Positions 17,743-29,442 of a stretch of 63,607 nt of DNA are shown here, one piece after another. Origin of the DNA: Candidatus Bathyarchaeia archaeon (GTDB taxonomy: Archaea > Thermoproteota > Bathyarchaeia > Bathyarchaeales > Bathycorpusculaceae); assembly GCA_049969855.1 (NCBI GenBank), contig JBMFOB010000006.1, forward strand, positions 1-63,607, read 5' to 3'. The notes under the pieces were generated by a model. It searched no databases. It was not told the origin of the DNA and worked only from the letters and a program-made list of their open reading frames with translations. The position numbers were made by a program, and so were the translations under genes. Position 1 is the first letter of the stretch, and each line of letters begins with the position of its first letter.

Positions 17743-20136
17743 TTATGTGGAAATTATTTTCGTCTGGTCTTCCCTTATGCTTTCAATCATGTTTTCAATC
17801 ATATCTTCTCTTGTGGTAAGTCTGCCGATAACGTGGTGGCTTCCACCGGTTATTGAGGCTATAAATTTTGTAACTAGAAAACCGTAGGTTTCGCGTCCAT
17901 AAAGGTGTGGGTTTGTATTTACAACTATTGTGTGAATTCCTTCGCGTTTAATCATTTTCGCCACAGACATCACGTCTTTTACGGCTAAGTCTTCGTATTC
18001 CCTAACAATTATTCGAACCTCCTCTATGAGCCGAACCTCGCCAGTTTCGATGCTTCTTTTTAATGGAACGTTTGCGCTTCCATCTGTTATCAAAACCATC
18101 ACGGGCACCGTGGAAGAATCCCTTCTCTTGGCTTCTTTCAAAACTTCCCAAGCCTTCAACATTCCAGCAGCCAATGGCGTATAACCGCTTATACGCAAAT
18201 TCAACAGTTTATTAGCCACAACCCTAAGATTTGTTATGGGATGTTGAACAACAACAGCGCTCGTGCCTTTCAAAGCAACAATCCCAATGCGATCTCTAAA
18301 CCTGTAGGCATCGCCATGAAGCTTAAGCAAAGCTTCTTTCACTGCTTCAAGATTCAGAAGCATAGAACCGCTTAGGTCAACAACAAAAATCATCGTTAAA
18401 GGCGCCTTGTAACATCTCAACTTTTCACGCACATCCTGCAAGCAAATCTTCAAAGAAGTCTCCAAAGGTTTTTCCCGACTCCCCTGTTTTCGCGCTGCCT
18501 CGCGAATGGTTGCTGGAAAATGCACATCTGCGGGTTTTCCTTGTGGAAATTTCCATCCGTAAGGCTTGCCCTTATGAAGGGTTGTTATTGCTTGAGCGTG
18601 CCTTCCAGCGTAAACGCCTCGCTGTCTGGTTTTGATTTTTCCCATCTTTAGAAAAAAGCTTGACGGAGAAACCACTTTTCTCTCTAAACTGCTTATCACC
18701 GGAAAACCCTTAGAAACTTCTGATGTTTTGGCTGCATCGCTGACTGTTGGAATTCCCTTTAAATCGCCCTTCCTCTTTTCGAATTTCTCCTCATATGTTT
18801 CTCCTTGTAGCCTATCCGAACCCTTCTGAAAGCCCTCACTCATAGGAGCGTTTTTAGGACTCCTCTTCAGCTTTTTTCCAAATCCGAAAATTACTCCGCC
18901 AAAAATTCTATTTAAGAAAAAAAGAAGGCTTGCCCGCTTTCTATTTAGCTTTTTAAGAAAATTTTCTTTGTTAGCTTTCTCCTCTTCTTTTTCTGTGGCT
19001 TCATTTTTAGCCCAGAAAACAGCTTTTCCCTTCAAAATTTTCCTTTTTTCAACCTCTTTTTTTGTCGTTTCGCCTGTTTTTTCAAATTGAAAAACTTTCT
19101 TCACAGTTGCTGTGAAAACCTCTCTTATTTCTTGAGGTGTCGCCGGCTCTAGGAATCCGCCCTCTCTTGTTCTGTGACTTAGAGCAAGTTCGGCTGCAAC
19201 TAGAACATCGTCTAATGTTGCTTCTGTTCTATTTTCAAATGCTGCTAGGGCTGCGGCTGCCTTTGCGATAACTATGTCTGGGCGTAAGCCGTCAACTTTC
19301 AAGTCTAAACAAGCTTTGCAGATTCCTTCAAGAAGATTTTCTGGAACAACTACATCTTTTAACACTTCTTTTGCTTTTGCTATTCTATCACGCAATTCCT
19401 GTTGTAGCGGTTCAAACTTTTGACAGAATTTTTCTGGGTCAGCCTCAAACTCCACGTTTCTCTTAACAATTTCAATCCTATCCTCAACAGACGTTATCCT
19501 ATCAACAGTAACCGAAAGCGGAAAACGGTCGAGAAGCTGTGGTCTTAATTCCCCTTCTTCTGGATTCATTGTTCCAATAAAAATGAAGCGGGAAGGATGA
19601 CTTACGGATATGCCTTCCCTTTCAACAATGTTCCATCCAGTAGCCGCAGCATCCAATAAATCGTCAGCTATGTGGTCTGGAAGCAAATTAACCTCATCCA
19701 CATACAATATATTTTGGTTTGCCTCAGCTAAAATTCCAGGCTCCAAGGCTTCTATGCCGTATTTTATAGCCTTCTCCACATCCAAACTTCCAATAACCCT
19801 ATCCTCAGTGGCGCCCAATGGCAAGTCAACAACAACCATCTCCCTCTCTCCAACAGGCAACTTTTCACCCCTCTTGTATTTTTCGCTGCATTTAGGACAC
19901 ATATTAGACGGATCATGCGGGTTACAGTTGAAGGAACAATCCTTAACAACTAAAATTTTTGGCAGAATATCCGCCAAAGCCCTAACAATAGTGCTTTTTC
20001 CAGAACCCTTAGGCCCCTTTATGAGGAGACCACCAATTTTGGGGTTTATGGCATTCACTAAAATGGCTAGTTTAAGCTTATCCAAACCCACAATAGCCGA
20101 AAATGGAAAGACAAGTCTCTTCCTCTGAACGCTCAA
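17743..20136 (-). CDS. Magnesium chelatase-like AAA+ ATPase (ChlI-type) fused to a VWA domain
   Basis: [40 protein letters not shown]; C-terminal DLSGS MIDAS motif and ITDG. Confidence 0.85.
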   Translation of the reverse strand: MSVQRKRLVFPFSAIVGLDKLKLAILVNAINPKIGGLLIKGPKGSGKSTIVRALADILPKILVVKDCSFNCNPHDPSNMCPKCSEKYKRGEKLPVGEREMVVVDLPLGATEDRVIGSLDVEKAIKYGIEALEPGILAEANQNILYVDEVNLLPDHIADDLLDAAATGWNIVEREGISVSHPSRFIFIGTMNPEEGELRPQLLDRFPLSVTVDRITSVEDRIEIVKRNVEFEADPEKFCQKFEPLQQELRDRIAKAKEVLKDVVVPENLLEGICKACLDLKVDGLRPDIVIAKAAAALAAFENRTEATLDDVLVAAELALSHRTREGGFLEPATPQEIREVFTATVKKVFQFEKTGETTKKEVEKRKILKGKAVFWAKNEATEKEEEKANKENFLKKLNRKRASLLFFLNRIFGGVIFGFGKKLKRSPKNAPMSEGFQKGSDRLQGETYEEKFEKRKGDLKGIPTVSDAAKTSEVSKGFPVISSLERKVVSPSSFFLKMGKIKTRQRGVYAGRHAQAITTLHKGKPYGWKFPQGKPADVHFPATIREAARKQGSREKPLETSLKICLQDVREKLRCYKAPLTMIFVVDLSGSMLLNLEAVKEALLKLHGDAYRFRDRIGIVALKGTSAVVVQHPITNLRVVANKLLNLRISGYTPLAAGMLKAWEVLKEAKRRDSSTVPVMVLITDGSANVPLKRSIETGEVRLIEEVRIIVREYEDLAVKDVMSVAKMIKREGIHTIVVNTNPHLYGRETYGFLVTKFIASITGGSHHVIGRLTTREDMIENMIESIREDQTKIIST

Positions 20137-20225
20137 GGCAATTCCTATTTTATATAAACAAAATCTAATCTATTAGCTTTGCCACAAACAAGCATCTAAT
20201 ACGGCGGCTAAAACCTTGTATAAGG

Positions 20226-20299
20226 GGCCGGGGCCGGGATTTGAACCCGGGCGCTAGGCTCCACAGGCCTATAGGCTACCAGGCTACCTCACCCCGGCC
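20226..20299 (-). tRNA. tRNA-His(GUG) with genomically encoded G-1
   Basis: GCCGGGG/CCCCGGC acceptor stem, TAGGC-CT-GTG-GA-GCCTA anticodon arm, GGTTCAAATCC T loop. Confidence 0.95.
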
Positions 20300-20432
20300 A
20301 ATTGTTTATGAGGGTGTTCCCTAAGTTTTGTTGTGTTTGGGAATTATTTATGTTTACGGTGAAGTGAAAGAGTTTAGTGGGTAAGCCTTTATTTAGAAAA
20401 GCTTCAGTTTTAATCTTTAATGCTTTGGAAAG

Positions 20433-21605
20433 ATGAGTGAATTGCAAGAATCAAAGAAGAATGTTCAAATTGCCCTTTTAGGAGCCGCCCACTCTCTTAA
20501 CCATTCACTATTCGTTATTGCGCCACCTCTGTTAAGCCTAATTATGAATGACTTAGGGGTTTCAAAATCAGTTATGGGGGCTGTGGCAACAATTGCTTCT
20601 ATGCTTTATGGCGTCGGAGCTTTAGTTGGCGGTCCTTTAGGCGACAAGATTGGAGAAAATAAGACGATAACATTGTGCCTAATGTTTTCGGGACTTTCCA
20701 CATTTATTATGCTTGCTGCTTCAGCCACGCAGAGCGTTTATGTTTATGCTGTTGCCTTAATTTTGATGGCTTCTTGGGCAAGCCTTTACCATCCAACCGC
20801 AAACTCGTTGATTTCAAAAGCTTTTAAGGGTAAAGTTGCCGAAACCATGGGTTTACATGGCGTTGGCGGAACATTAGGCGTTGTATTAACTCCCTCAATC
20901 GCTTGGTTTTTGGGCGTAAATTTCGGGTGGTCTTGGTCCTTCATTGTTTTTGGAGTATTATGCATTTTGCTTGCATTAATATTTCTTAAAAATTTTAACA
21001 AAGTTCAAAACAGGGAGGGAAAAAGTGGAACAATTATGGAAGCATTAAAAATTCGGGAACTCTGGACGCTGTTGATTTTTAACATAGCCATAGGGTTTTT
21101 CATGAAAGGCGTAGAACTGTTTTTCCCAACATACCTTGAAGAAAACAGAGGAATAAATTCCATGTGGGCTTCAATAGCCTACACAATACTTTTGGCTGTA
21201 GGAGTTCCCGGGCAATGGATTGGCGGGAAAGCCGCTGACAAGGTGGGTTCAAAAAGGGTTTTGATAGCTACTTCCTCAGGCGTCTGCATAAGCCTCTTAT
21301 CGCTTCTGCTTCTTCCAGATTACAATGTGGGGATAATAATTTTCATCGTTTTTTATGGCATTTCCTTTTATGCCCACCAGCCAGCACTGAATGCGCTAAC
21401 AGGTTTTCTATCTCCACAAAACCAACGCGGCGCAGTCTACGGCGTCTTCTTCTTCACATCTTTCGGCATAGGTTCCCTTTCGCAAGTTATGGCTGGATAC
21501 ATGGCTGACACATATGGCTTCGACGCAGCCTTTTACATGCTAACAGCCTTCGCCCTCATCGCTTTAATTCTCTCCTTCAAAATTCCAAAAACAAAAGAGA
21601 AATAG
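20433..21605 (+). CDS. MFS transporter
   Basis: About 12 TM segments, GPLGDKIG, SLYHP, GKAADKVG. Confidence 0.9.
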   Translation: MSELQESKKNVQIALLGAAHSLNHSLFVIAPPLLSLIMNDLGVSKSVMGAVATIASMLYGVGALVGGPLGDKIGENKTITLCLMFSGLSTFIMLAASATQSVYVYAVALILMASWASLYHPTANSLISKAFKGKVAETMGLHGVGGTLGVVLTPSIAWFLGVNFGWSWSFIVFGVLCILLALIFLKNFNKVQNREGKSGTIMEALKIRELWTLLIFNIAIGFFMKGVELFFPTYLEENRGINSMWASIAYTILLAVGVPGQWIGGKAADKVGSKRVLIATSSGVCISLLSLLLLPDYNVGIIIFIVFYGISFYAHQPALNALTGFLSPQNQRGAVYGVFFFTSFGIGSLSQVMAGYMADTYGFDAAFYMLTAFALIALILSFKIPKTKEK

Positions 21606-21945
21606 CCGAACATAAACGAAGTTTATAAATACATAACAGCATTAAACCGTACACATGAAAATAGTGCAGAACTTCTCAAGAAATGCTAAACGAAAGAGAC
21701 AAGTTTTGTAAAAGAATTCATGAGAGGACCCGTAAAATTTTGAAGTTGCCTTTTGCTTGTTTAAAACGAAAAATAAGCGAATGAACAAATTTTACAACAA
21801 AAAGCTAAAAAATATCATAACTGATTGTGAGAAAAGCTTCAAAAATTTAAATCTAACCATTTTTCGCCCCATTATAAAGGATGGAAAAAACACGAAGTAA
21901 AATCAGCAGATTTTACAGCATGCGAGTTGTAAATTTTGGGGAGAA

Positions 21946-22362
21946 TTATGTTTCACCAACAACTTGAATGAGGACGGTTCTCCTTCTTGGGTAAACGTCT
22001 GTTTCCACAAATAGAATGGACTGCCAAGTTCCAAACTCCACCCTGCCATCAATTACTGGTAACGTTTTATCTGGTGGAAGAAGCACAGACCTTAAGTGGG
22101 CGTGAGCATTGGACGGATGTCTATACGCTTGGTGTTTTGGGATTATTTTTTCAAGGAAAGTCTTAATGTCATCCAGCAAGCCATACTCGTTTTCCGTTAG
22201 GATTAGTATGCCAGTGGCATGTGGCGCAAAAACGTGAACCAAACCATTCTTTACACCAGACTTGGAAACTGCCTCTTGAACCTTATCCGTCAAGTCTATG
22301 AAGTCTATTTCGCCCTTTGTGGAAAAGCTGTGGCTTACGTTAAAGACTTTAAAGTTTGACAT
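21946..22362 (-). CDS. YjbQ family (UPF0047) protein
   Basis: IDLT, HATG..ENE, NAHAHL, FGTWQSI. Confidence 0.9.
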   Translation of the reverse strand: MSNFKVFNVSHSFSTKGEIDFIDLTDKVQEAVSKSGVKNGLVHVFAPHATGILILTENEYGLLDDIKTFLEKIIPKHQAYRHPSNAHAHLRSVLLPPDKTLPVIDGRVEFGTWQSILFVETDVYPRRRTVLIQVVGET

Positions 22363-22369
22363 GCCTTTT

Positions 22370-22918
22370 TCACTCCAACAGTTTAGTCATTATAATTTCA
22401 TCTATGTACCTTCCGCCTTTGAAATGTTTTTTCGGAATAACCCCTGTCTGCACAAACCCAACCTTTTCGTAAACATGAATAGCCCGCTTGTTTGTTGCAA
22501 AAACCGTAAGCGTCAAAACCTTCAAACCCATTTTATAGGCTTGCTCCACCAAAACCTTCATCACTTCAGTTCCGATGCCAACATCCCTAAATCCGTTCTT
22601 GATTATTATGCCCAAAACGCCAACATGCCTCTCAAAACCTCTCAGCGGATGAATGTCAGAAGATGCAATAACCTTTCCATCAACCTCAGCGACAAGAAAG
22701 AATACTTCATCCTTCTCTAAGCTTGCAAGAGTTTTAGACAACCAGTCAACTTCCTCTTCCCTCGAAACCTTCTCATTCCTAATTATTTCAGCTCCTTCCT
22801 CAACAAGCGAATTAATAAGCCCCAACAAATCATCCAAGTCTTCCCACTTAGGCGTCCTCAAAACAACCCGCCGCCCATCCTTAGCAGAAAAGCTTCGTAT
22901 AATCTTTCCAGCTTTCAT
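22370..22918 (-). CDS. GNAT family N-acetyltransferase
   Basis: RDVGIG, NKRAIHVYEKVGF. Confidence 0.9.
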   Translation of the reverse strand: MKAGKIIRSFSAKDGRRVVLRTPKWEDLDDLLGLINSLVEEGAEIIRNEKVSREEEVDWLSKTLASLEKDEVFFLVAEVDGKVIASSDIHPLRGFERHVGVLGIIIKNGFRDVGIGTEVMKVLVEQAYKMGLKVLTLTVFATNKRAIHVYEKVGFVQTGVIPKKHFKGGRYIDEIIMTKLLE

Positions 22919-23763
22919 AAAAATAAATTACAAAACAGAAGCTTATTTCATTTTTCCATTTCTGAAAGAGAGTTGTGTTGATGCTTTTGTATACAGCCTT
23001 TACGCTTTGCGTTTCTGGTGAGGGCTAGTGAAACAATAATTGTATTTGTAATACCATATTCACCAAAGTTACCATAAAGTAAGAACTCAATGTGAAAAAC
23101 ATGAAAATATTAGCCATATAGCCTACACCAAGCAAAACAACTTTGAACATTCATTGAAAATAAGCCAGAAAACAGCCGTTTCAGAAATCAATTATCACAT
23201 CGGTTTACATCTAGTGACACACACTCCTTCAGAAGGCTTGAACAGTTAAGCCGTATACAAAAGCATAAACAAAACTCCACCTTCAGCCAGCGGATGCCTA
23301 CAAGAATAGTGCTATTGCTAGAAAACTTTTCAAAGAACACCCCTTAAAAAGCTGCTTTGAAAACCATCAAAAACTCGAAGCATTAACGAATAGCAATGGC
23401 GAAAGTTTGGCATGGAGATTTTCGTAGGTTTATTTATGAGGCCACGGTTAAGTCCATTCTTTGAGTTTGTTGGCTGTCTGGAAAGGGATAAAATAGGCTT
23501 CTTTTCCAATTTTAAGCCAAATTCAAGCTTAACCATTTTCTGTTTCATAACAGCGGAGCAGCCACTTTTAGCGTTTAGGTTTGTTCGATTTGTTACAGGT
23601 TATAATTGTGGTTTTTGTTGGTAAAGAAGGCGTTAATGCGGTTAAAATTTTAAAAGAAGCAAAACGGAATTTCTTCATTCAATGTGCGGTGTGGTGTATG
23701 TTATTGGTTTTTTCATATTGCTAATTTTGAAATAACCTCTATAATAATTCAGCGCCATGTCTT

Positions 23764-26040
23764 ATGACAGAGGATATTGGAAGGCTGTTACCTTTGCAAG
23801 TTGACCCTTTTGGAAATGACGTTGAAATACTTGAAAGAAACGTTAACAGCAGAAAGGTTAGGGTGAAATGGGATTGGGGCAACTTCAAAAGCACTGAAGG
23901 CTTTCCAGTTGATGACAATCTTATAAACTGGGTTATTGGGCAGGAACAAGCCTTAAAAGAATGCTTCTTATGCCTCGACGAGTGGGTTCATAAGCTTAAG
24001 TGGCTTGAAGAGACACAATGGTATGAAAGTTGGAGCGACCCAGACAAACCTAAACTCTCAGTTAAAACAGTCATAAGCCCAGGGCCATACTTACTTCTTT
24101 TAGGCGACCCTGGAACAGGCAAATCCTTACTTGGCAGAGCCTTGTCTGAGAAGCTTACCCAAGTTTACAGGGAAAATGGCATAAAACTTTTTGATGTTCT
24201 CTGTTGGAGGAACCAGACGTTGCCAAGCCAACCGAAAATTTCAATTCATAAGGCTGGTGAGGGCAAGAAGATTCTTCAGAGGGAGCAGCTTAAAGAACTT
24301 AAGCGAAAGTTCATAACGAAAGTTGGTCTAAAGACACTGCAAATCTTTTTGGTTTTGATGGGTCTCTTCTTAATATCCTTAGGCTTCTACTTCTTGTATC
24401 AGGCTTGGATGACTTGGCAAGCTAACCCCATGTATTTGGGGGAACCCCTACAAGAATATTATAATTACAGTTTCTTAGATTATCTTATAGGAAAGTTTGT
24501 TGGGCTAGTGCCATTAACCTTCATTCCAGGAGGAAGCCTCATCTTCTTCGGGATCTTCATATGGTGGTTCTCCAAGCTTGGCGGTCTTGGAAATTTGAAG
24601 GGTATAGCAGGCTCCCAACAAACTGACGTTCCAAAGTTAATAGTTGACAATTGCTCTGGACATGCGCCTTTCGTTGATGCCACTGGACACAGAAGCGCCC
24701 AACTTTTCGGTTCAATAGCTTGGGATCCATACCAGACTGGAGGGTTAGGCACGCCAGAACATCAGAGAGTCACAGCGGGAGACGTTCATAGGGCATCTCT
24801 TGGAATCTTATACATTGATGAAATAAAAAATTTGGACCCAGAAGAGGCTGTTACGCTGCTAACCGTTCTCGAGGATGGGATATTACCAATCACTTTAAGG
24901 GGCAGATGGCACGGCGGAGACACAGCAGCAATGGCAGTTTCAACAGAACCAGTTCCAGCCATAACCTTCCTCGTAGGCGCTGGAAATTTTGACAGTATAG
25001 GACAGATACATCCAGCCTTGATGGATAGAATTTATGGTTATGGAAAAGTTGTTAGAATGAATAATGACATGCCAAACACAATAGAGAATAGGCGAAAATA
25101 TGTGCAGTTCATAGCGCAAGAAGTTAAGCGCTTCAACCTTATTCCATTCAGCAGAGAAGCCTGCGAAGAAATTGTAGAGGAAGGCAGAAGAAGAAGTAAC
25201 AAAAAAGACGCCTTAACAACAAAGTTTAGACCGCTCATTTCAATTATTAAAACGGCTGCAACCCTGGCCATGAACGAAGGCTGTAAAATTGTCGAAAGAA
25301 GGCATGTAAGAGAAGCAATAGAGCATCACTGCAAAACAATTCAAAGACAAATACTTGAGCACGAAATTAGCGAAAGAGGCAAACTATTAGAGATAAAGCC
25401 TAAAGGGGCAAAACTTGGGCAAATTTATGGTTTGGTTGTTGTTAAAGACCCATATAGCGGAGAAATGACTGGAAGCGTCCTATGCGTGAAAGCCCACATG
25501 GCGAAGAGAAGCGAGCTTCCGAGGAATTATCCAATTAAGGGCTATTACAAAGTGACTGGAGTGGCTAAGGGTCAAAGTTTCATTTCAGACAGTATAGCCA
25601 AAGTTAGAAGCGTAATCCTACAAAAATACGGTGTCGACATAGCCCAAGACTATTTAACCCACATTGATTTTGCCCAATCCTATGGCGTAGACGGTCCATC
25701 AGCAGGCGTAACTATGGCTATACTCTTATGCTCGCTTATTGAGGGTAAACCTGTAAGGCAGGATGTGGCTGTCACTGGAGAAATAAACCTCGGCGTCGGC
25801 GATTCCATTCAAATTACAGCTGTTGGCGGCGTTTACGAGAAGATTAAAGCTGCTGAAGCTTGGGGGTTCAAGAAGGTTGTTATTCCCCAAAAGAATTTTG
25901 AGCATTCAATAGATGTCAGAGACTATAAGATTGAGGTTGTTCCAGCAGCTACGTTAGATGATTACTTGAAAGAATGTTTGATTGAGAAGCCAGCCATCAA
26001 AGTTTGGATTCAAAACGCCTTCAAACGCAGAAAATCCTAA
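23764..26040 (+). CDS. lonB: Membrane-anchored archaeal Lon protease (LonB type)
   Basis: GDPGTGKS Walker A, TM insert, LYIDE, DGPSAG catalytic Ser and EKIKAA Lys. Confidence 0.9.
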   Translation: MTEDIGRLLPLQVDPFGNDVEILERNVNSRKVRVKWDWGNFKSTEGFPVDDNLINWVIGQEQALKECFLCLDEWVHKLKWLEETQWYESWSDPDKPKLSVKTVISPGPYLLLLGDPGTGKSLLGRALSEKLTQVYRENGIKLFDVLCWRNQTLPSQPKISIHKAGEGKKILQREQLKELKRKFITKVGLKTLQIFLVLMGLFLISLGFYFLYQAWMTWQANPMYLGEPLQEYYNYSFLDYLIGKFVGLVPLTFIPGGSLIFFGIFIWWFSKLGGLGNLKGIAGSQQTDVPKLIVDNCSGHAPFVDATGHRSAQLFGSIAWDPYQTGGLGTPEHQRVTAGDVHRASLGILYIDEIKNLDPEEAVTLLTVLEDGILPITLRGRWHGGDTAAMAVSTEPVPAITFLVGAGNFDSIGQIHPALMDRIYGYGKVVRMNNDMPNTIENRRKYVQFIAQEVKRFNLIPFSREACEEIVEEGRRRSNKKDALTTKFRPLISIIKTAATLAMNEGCKIVERRHVREAIEHHCKTIQRQILEHEISERGKLLEIKPKGAKLGQIYGLVVVKDPYSGEMTGSVLCVKAHMAKRSELPRNYPIKGYYKVTGVAKGQSFISDSIAKVRSVILQKYGVDIAQDYLTHIDFAQSYGVDGPSAGVTMAILLCSLIEGKPVRQDVAVTGEINLGVGDSIQITAVGGVYEKIKAAEAWGFKKVVIPQKNFEHSIDVRDYKIEVVPAATLDDYLKECLIEKPAIKVWIQNAFKRRKS

Positions 26041-26107
26041 AATGCTTAGCGGATAAACTCTTTTAGCCTTCTAATACATTAAAGAATGAAATAATAGGGA
26101 ATCTGTT

Positions 26108-26527
26108 ATGGTTAGAGAAATCGACAAGGCTGAGCTTCGCCGATGGCGCAAAAGAGGCTTTTACAGCGAAAATGTCCTAGTAAAACTTCTAACAAAAAAT
26201 GGCTTTCACGCAGTGCGAGTTCCAGTAAGCAACCCAAGCCTCAACCCCTTACCAGACATTATCGCGAGAAAAAATTCGGAAATTTACGCTTTTGAAGTGA
26301 AAAACGCCAGCTATTACGCTTACTTTCCAAAACAGCAGATTGAAAAACTTTTCAGATTTCTTGAAGAGCTGATTCCTTTGGAAAAAGCGCATAAACACGC
26401 AGTGCTTGCGGCGCATCTTGGAAAAAGATGGATTTTCAAGGAAATCGACTGGAAGGATTGGGAGAAAAAGCGAATTCCTGAAAAGGCGAGAATCCTAAAA
26501 AGAGACAGAGGAAACTTCAATATATAA
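26108..26527 (+). CDS. Hjc-like PD-(D/E)XK Holliday junction resolvase
   Basis: RGFYSE...GFHAVRVP...PDIIA...FEVK. Confidence 0.75.
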   Translation: MVREIDKAELRRWRKRGFYSENVLVKLLTKNGFHAVRVPVSNPSLNPLPDIIARKNSEIYAFEVKNASYYAYFPKQQIEKLFRFLEELIPLEKAHKHAVLAAHLGKRWIFKEIDWKDWEKKRIPEKARILKRDRGNFNI

Positions 26528-26710
26528 TTAAGGAAAGTTAGGCAAATGTCCGCTGAAAAAATGGTGGTTTTTAATGGTTTTAAAGTTTTCAAAGAAACCC
26601 CTCTTGGAAATTATGACTTAAACTTGAAAAAGCGATACACTAAAAAGGGAAATTTCAACTATCTATAAGCACAGCAAAATTTTGGAGGCTTGGCGGAGGT
26701 GAAAGCGTTA

Positions 26711-26980
26711 ATGGCCCAAGAGGTTCAAGGAATAATAGTAAATTACCGTTTAGGTCCCAGAAATCAGAAACCGAAAGAATGTATAGTTCAATTTACCCAT
26801 GTGAAATCCCTTTCCGAAGCAGGCAGACTCATGGGGCGGAAAGTGGCTTGGAAAAATGGTAAAAACAAGTTTGTTGGAAAAATAGTGGCTTTACACGGCA
26901 AAAAGGGTCTTGTTAGAGTACGATTTAGAAGGGGTTTGCCGGGTCAAGCCTTGGGAACAAGGGTTGAATTAACTGGTTAA
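26711..26980 (+). CDS. rpl35ae: 50S ribosomal protein L35Ae
   Basis: GIIVNYR...GKIVALHG..GLVRVRF..GLPGQALG. Confidence 0.93.
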   Translation: MAQEVQGIIVNYRLGPRNQKPKECIVQFTHVKSLSEAGRLMGRKVAWKNGKNKFVGKIVALHGKKGLVRVRFRRGLPGQALGTRVELTG

Positions 26981-26995
26981 GCTTACGCTATTTTC

Positions 26996-27670
26996 TCACC
27001 AGTTTTTTAGCCAAGTTTTATTAAACATGACAGCCATCCAAGAATTCACCATCATTATGGCAATAGCCCTAAAAAATCCCCACTTAATCCAGCGCCTCGC
27101 AGAAGTAGGAACCACCTTCTTAGTAATAACTACAAACTTGCCAACAGAAGCCAATCTTTTAGCCATGTGCTGGTCTTCCGCCACGGGATTTTCCCAATAA
27201 CCGCCTATACTGTTGAAGGCGCTTTTTCGCATAAAAATTATTGAACCCGAAACTCTTGGTTTGCATGATATGGGCACTTTTTCAAACAATTTTGAAACTA
27301 ACGCTGTAGTTGTTAGAAATAATGTATGATACCAAGCGCCATCGTAGGGATACAACCTAAATGTTCCACCAGAAACCCGCTTGTCCTGCATTAATTTCTC
27401 AATTTCAGAAATTAAATCCTCAGTTAATATTGTGTCTGCGTCCAATTGTATGAGGATTTCATTTTGAGCCAATTTTGAACCAATGTTTCTAGAAATTGGA
27501 GTGTTTTTATTTGAAACTATGACTTTAGCCCCAAAGTTTTTCGCTATTTCCACTGTTTTATCCTTACTTCCGCCATCAACAACTATGACTTCAAACCTTC
27601 GCAGATGCCGCAATATAATGGGCAGGAGCTTTTCCTCATTCAATGTTGGAATGACAATGCTTACGCTCAT
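26996..27670 (-). CDS. GT2 family glycosyltransferase
   Basis: SIVIPTLNEE, VVDGGSKD, LDAD, AED, TSARR. Confidence 0.9.
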   Translation of the reverse strand: MSVSIVIPTLNEEKLLPIILRHLRRFEVIVVDGGSKDKTVEIAKNFGAKVIVSNKNTPISRNIGSKLAQNEILIQLDADTILTEDLISEIEKLMQDKRVSGGTFRLYPYDGAWYHTLFLTTTALVSKLFEKVPISCKPRVSGSIIFMRKSAFNSIGGYWENPVAEDQHMAKRLASVGKFVVITKKVVPTSARRWIKWGFFRAIAIMMVNSWMAVMFNKTWLKNW

Positions 27671-27725
27671 TCGCTCACTTCACATAAAATTGAGAAATGC
27701 CAAAAATAAAAGATAAGCGCCCTTG

Positions 27726-28382
27726 TCATGCATAGGCTGGCAACTGATTTATGAAATCATTAAACTGAAGAACTGGAATTATAGGCACTTCATCATAAAA
27801 CTTGAACCTTCCAGGAACAAGCGATAAAACTGCTGGAACAATTTTAGCTTTATCCCAAGAGGCAAATTCAAACCTGCCGACTAGCGCAGGTAAGGATTCA
27901 GCCAAAGCTGTAGTCCTTTTCCTTTGCGCATCAGCAACTTTCTTTAGGGTTGATGGATGCATTCCATGGTGCCAATGTTTACAGTCAACGCATAGGATTA
28001 TTGGCTTTTTATAGCCAACAACATCTATCTCCCATCGCTTTCCAGCATGTCTAAACCACAAATTCTTCTCCACAGCATACCCGTTCCTTTCAAGAATCAC
28101 AGCAGCCATACCCTCAAACTCTTTCCAACCAAGAAAACTGCATATGTGTTCAAAGTCAGCGCCTAACTCTATGGCATAAACAGCCAACCTGAGACGTTGA
28201 ATGTTATTGGCATCTACAAAACTTTTTCTTAGATAAACGAAACCATCATTTTGCAATTTTCCAAGCAATTTTTCAACAATCTGCGATGGCACTCTTGCAT
28301 CTTTTTTCAATATTTCATTTGAAACAGAACCATTTTTGGTCAATTTTAGAATAGAAATAATCAAATTGATTTCAACATTCAA
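27726..28382 (-). CDS. Mrr/NERD-like PD-(D/E)XK nuclease domain protein
   Basis: WKEFE...EIDVV...CVDCKHW. Confidence 0.7.
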   Translation of the reverse strand: MNVEINLIISILKLTKNGSVSNEILKKDARVPSQIVEKLLGKLQNDGFVYLRKSFVDANNIQRLRLAVYAIELGADFEHICSFLGWKEFEGMAAVILERNGYAVEKNLWFRHAGKRWEIDVVGYKKPIILCVDCKHWHHGMHPSTLKKVADAQRKRTTALAESLPALVGRFEFASWDKAKIVPAVLSLVPGRFKFYDEVPIIPVLQFNDFINQLPAYA

Positions 28383-28602
28383 TTAGAAATCTCCTAAAAT
28401 AGACAGTAAAAAGATAAAAAAATCAGCAATTTCAGTAACATTTAAAAGTCTTTCTATAATCTCCACAACAGTCCACCTTTCAAAGGTTAGCGGATAGAAC
28501 TGCAATCTTGAAACTTCCATAATATTCAAGTCTCCTTTCGAATTTTATGTAAAACAATGATAAGAAACTTCCGCAAAACCTAAAACGTAAAGTAAAACTC
28601 AA

Positions 28603-29355
28603 ATGGAAGATGTTCTCCATAAGTTTGAAGGGTTAAACTTGAAAGAAAAAATCATTGGAATATTAGGTGGAATGGGTCCAGAAGCCACCGCTGACTTGTT
28701 CACTAGAATAATAAGGGAAACTCCAGCCAAGAAAGACCAAGATCACCTTAGGGTAATTATAGATAATAATCCAAAGATACCTGATAGAACCACGGCAATA
28801 TTAAGCGAAGGCGTTAGCCCAATACCAGAGATGATTAAGACAGCTAAGAATTTGGAAAAGGCTGGGGCAGACTTCATAATAATGCCATGTATAACAGCCC
28901 ATTACTATTATGAAGAGCTAAGCAAAAGCGTGAAAATTCCAGTATTAAACATGGTTGAATTAACAGCGCAAAATGTAAACAAAAATTTTCCTAAAGCGAA
29001 AAAGGCTGGTCTTTTAGGCACAACGGGAACCGTTAAGAGCAAATTGTTCGACAAATCCTTTGGCAAATTCGGTGTTGAAATGATTTATCCGTCAGAAGCC
29101 TTTCAAAGGAAGGTTATGGAAGCCATATACGATTATATAAAGGCTGGAAAAATTCTGGAAGGCAAGAAACTCGTAGTTGACGTGGCTAACCATTTAATCG
29201 AGTTAGGCGCGGAGGTGATAATTTGTGGATGCACAGAAACTTCCTTAGTTTTAAAGAATGGAGACGTAACCAAACCAGTAGTTGACCCCGTGCAAATTCT
29301 GGCTCAAACTGCCGTGAAAGTTGCCCTAGGACAAATGCTGATTCAAAAAGTTTGA
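28603..29355 (+). CDS. Aspartate/glutamate racemase family protein
   Basis: IGILGGMGPEAT, IPDRT, PCITAH, GCTE. Confidence 0.9.
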   Translation: MEDVLHKFEGLNLKEKIIGILGGMGPEATADLFTRIIRETPAKKDQDHLRVIIDNNPKIPDRTTAILSEGVSPIPEMIKTAKNLEKAGADFIIMPCITAHYYYEELSKSVKIPVLNMVELTAQNVNKNFPKAKKAGLLGTTGTVKSKLFDKSFGKFGVEMIYPSEAFQRKVMEAIYDYIKAGKILEGKKLVVDVANHLIELGAEVIICGCTETSLVLKNGDVTKPVVDPVQILAQTAVKVALGQMLIQKV

Positions 29356-29442
29356 AATAGAATTTCATTTAGCTGTTGTGAACTGTTTAAATAAGGCTTG
29401 TTAAAACCTAAATAACAACTTCACAAATGGAAGGAAACATAA

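Noticed and set aside
20226-20299. Mobile element integrated at tRNA-His
   Set aside because: No duplicated tRNA end or integrase was seen nearby.
21606-23763. Long intergenic gaps (21606-21945 and 22919-23763) as ncRNA or small genes
   Set aside because: Only short motif-less ORFs and no convincing structure were visible by eye; ncRNA cannot be excluded.
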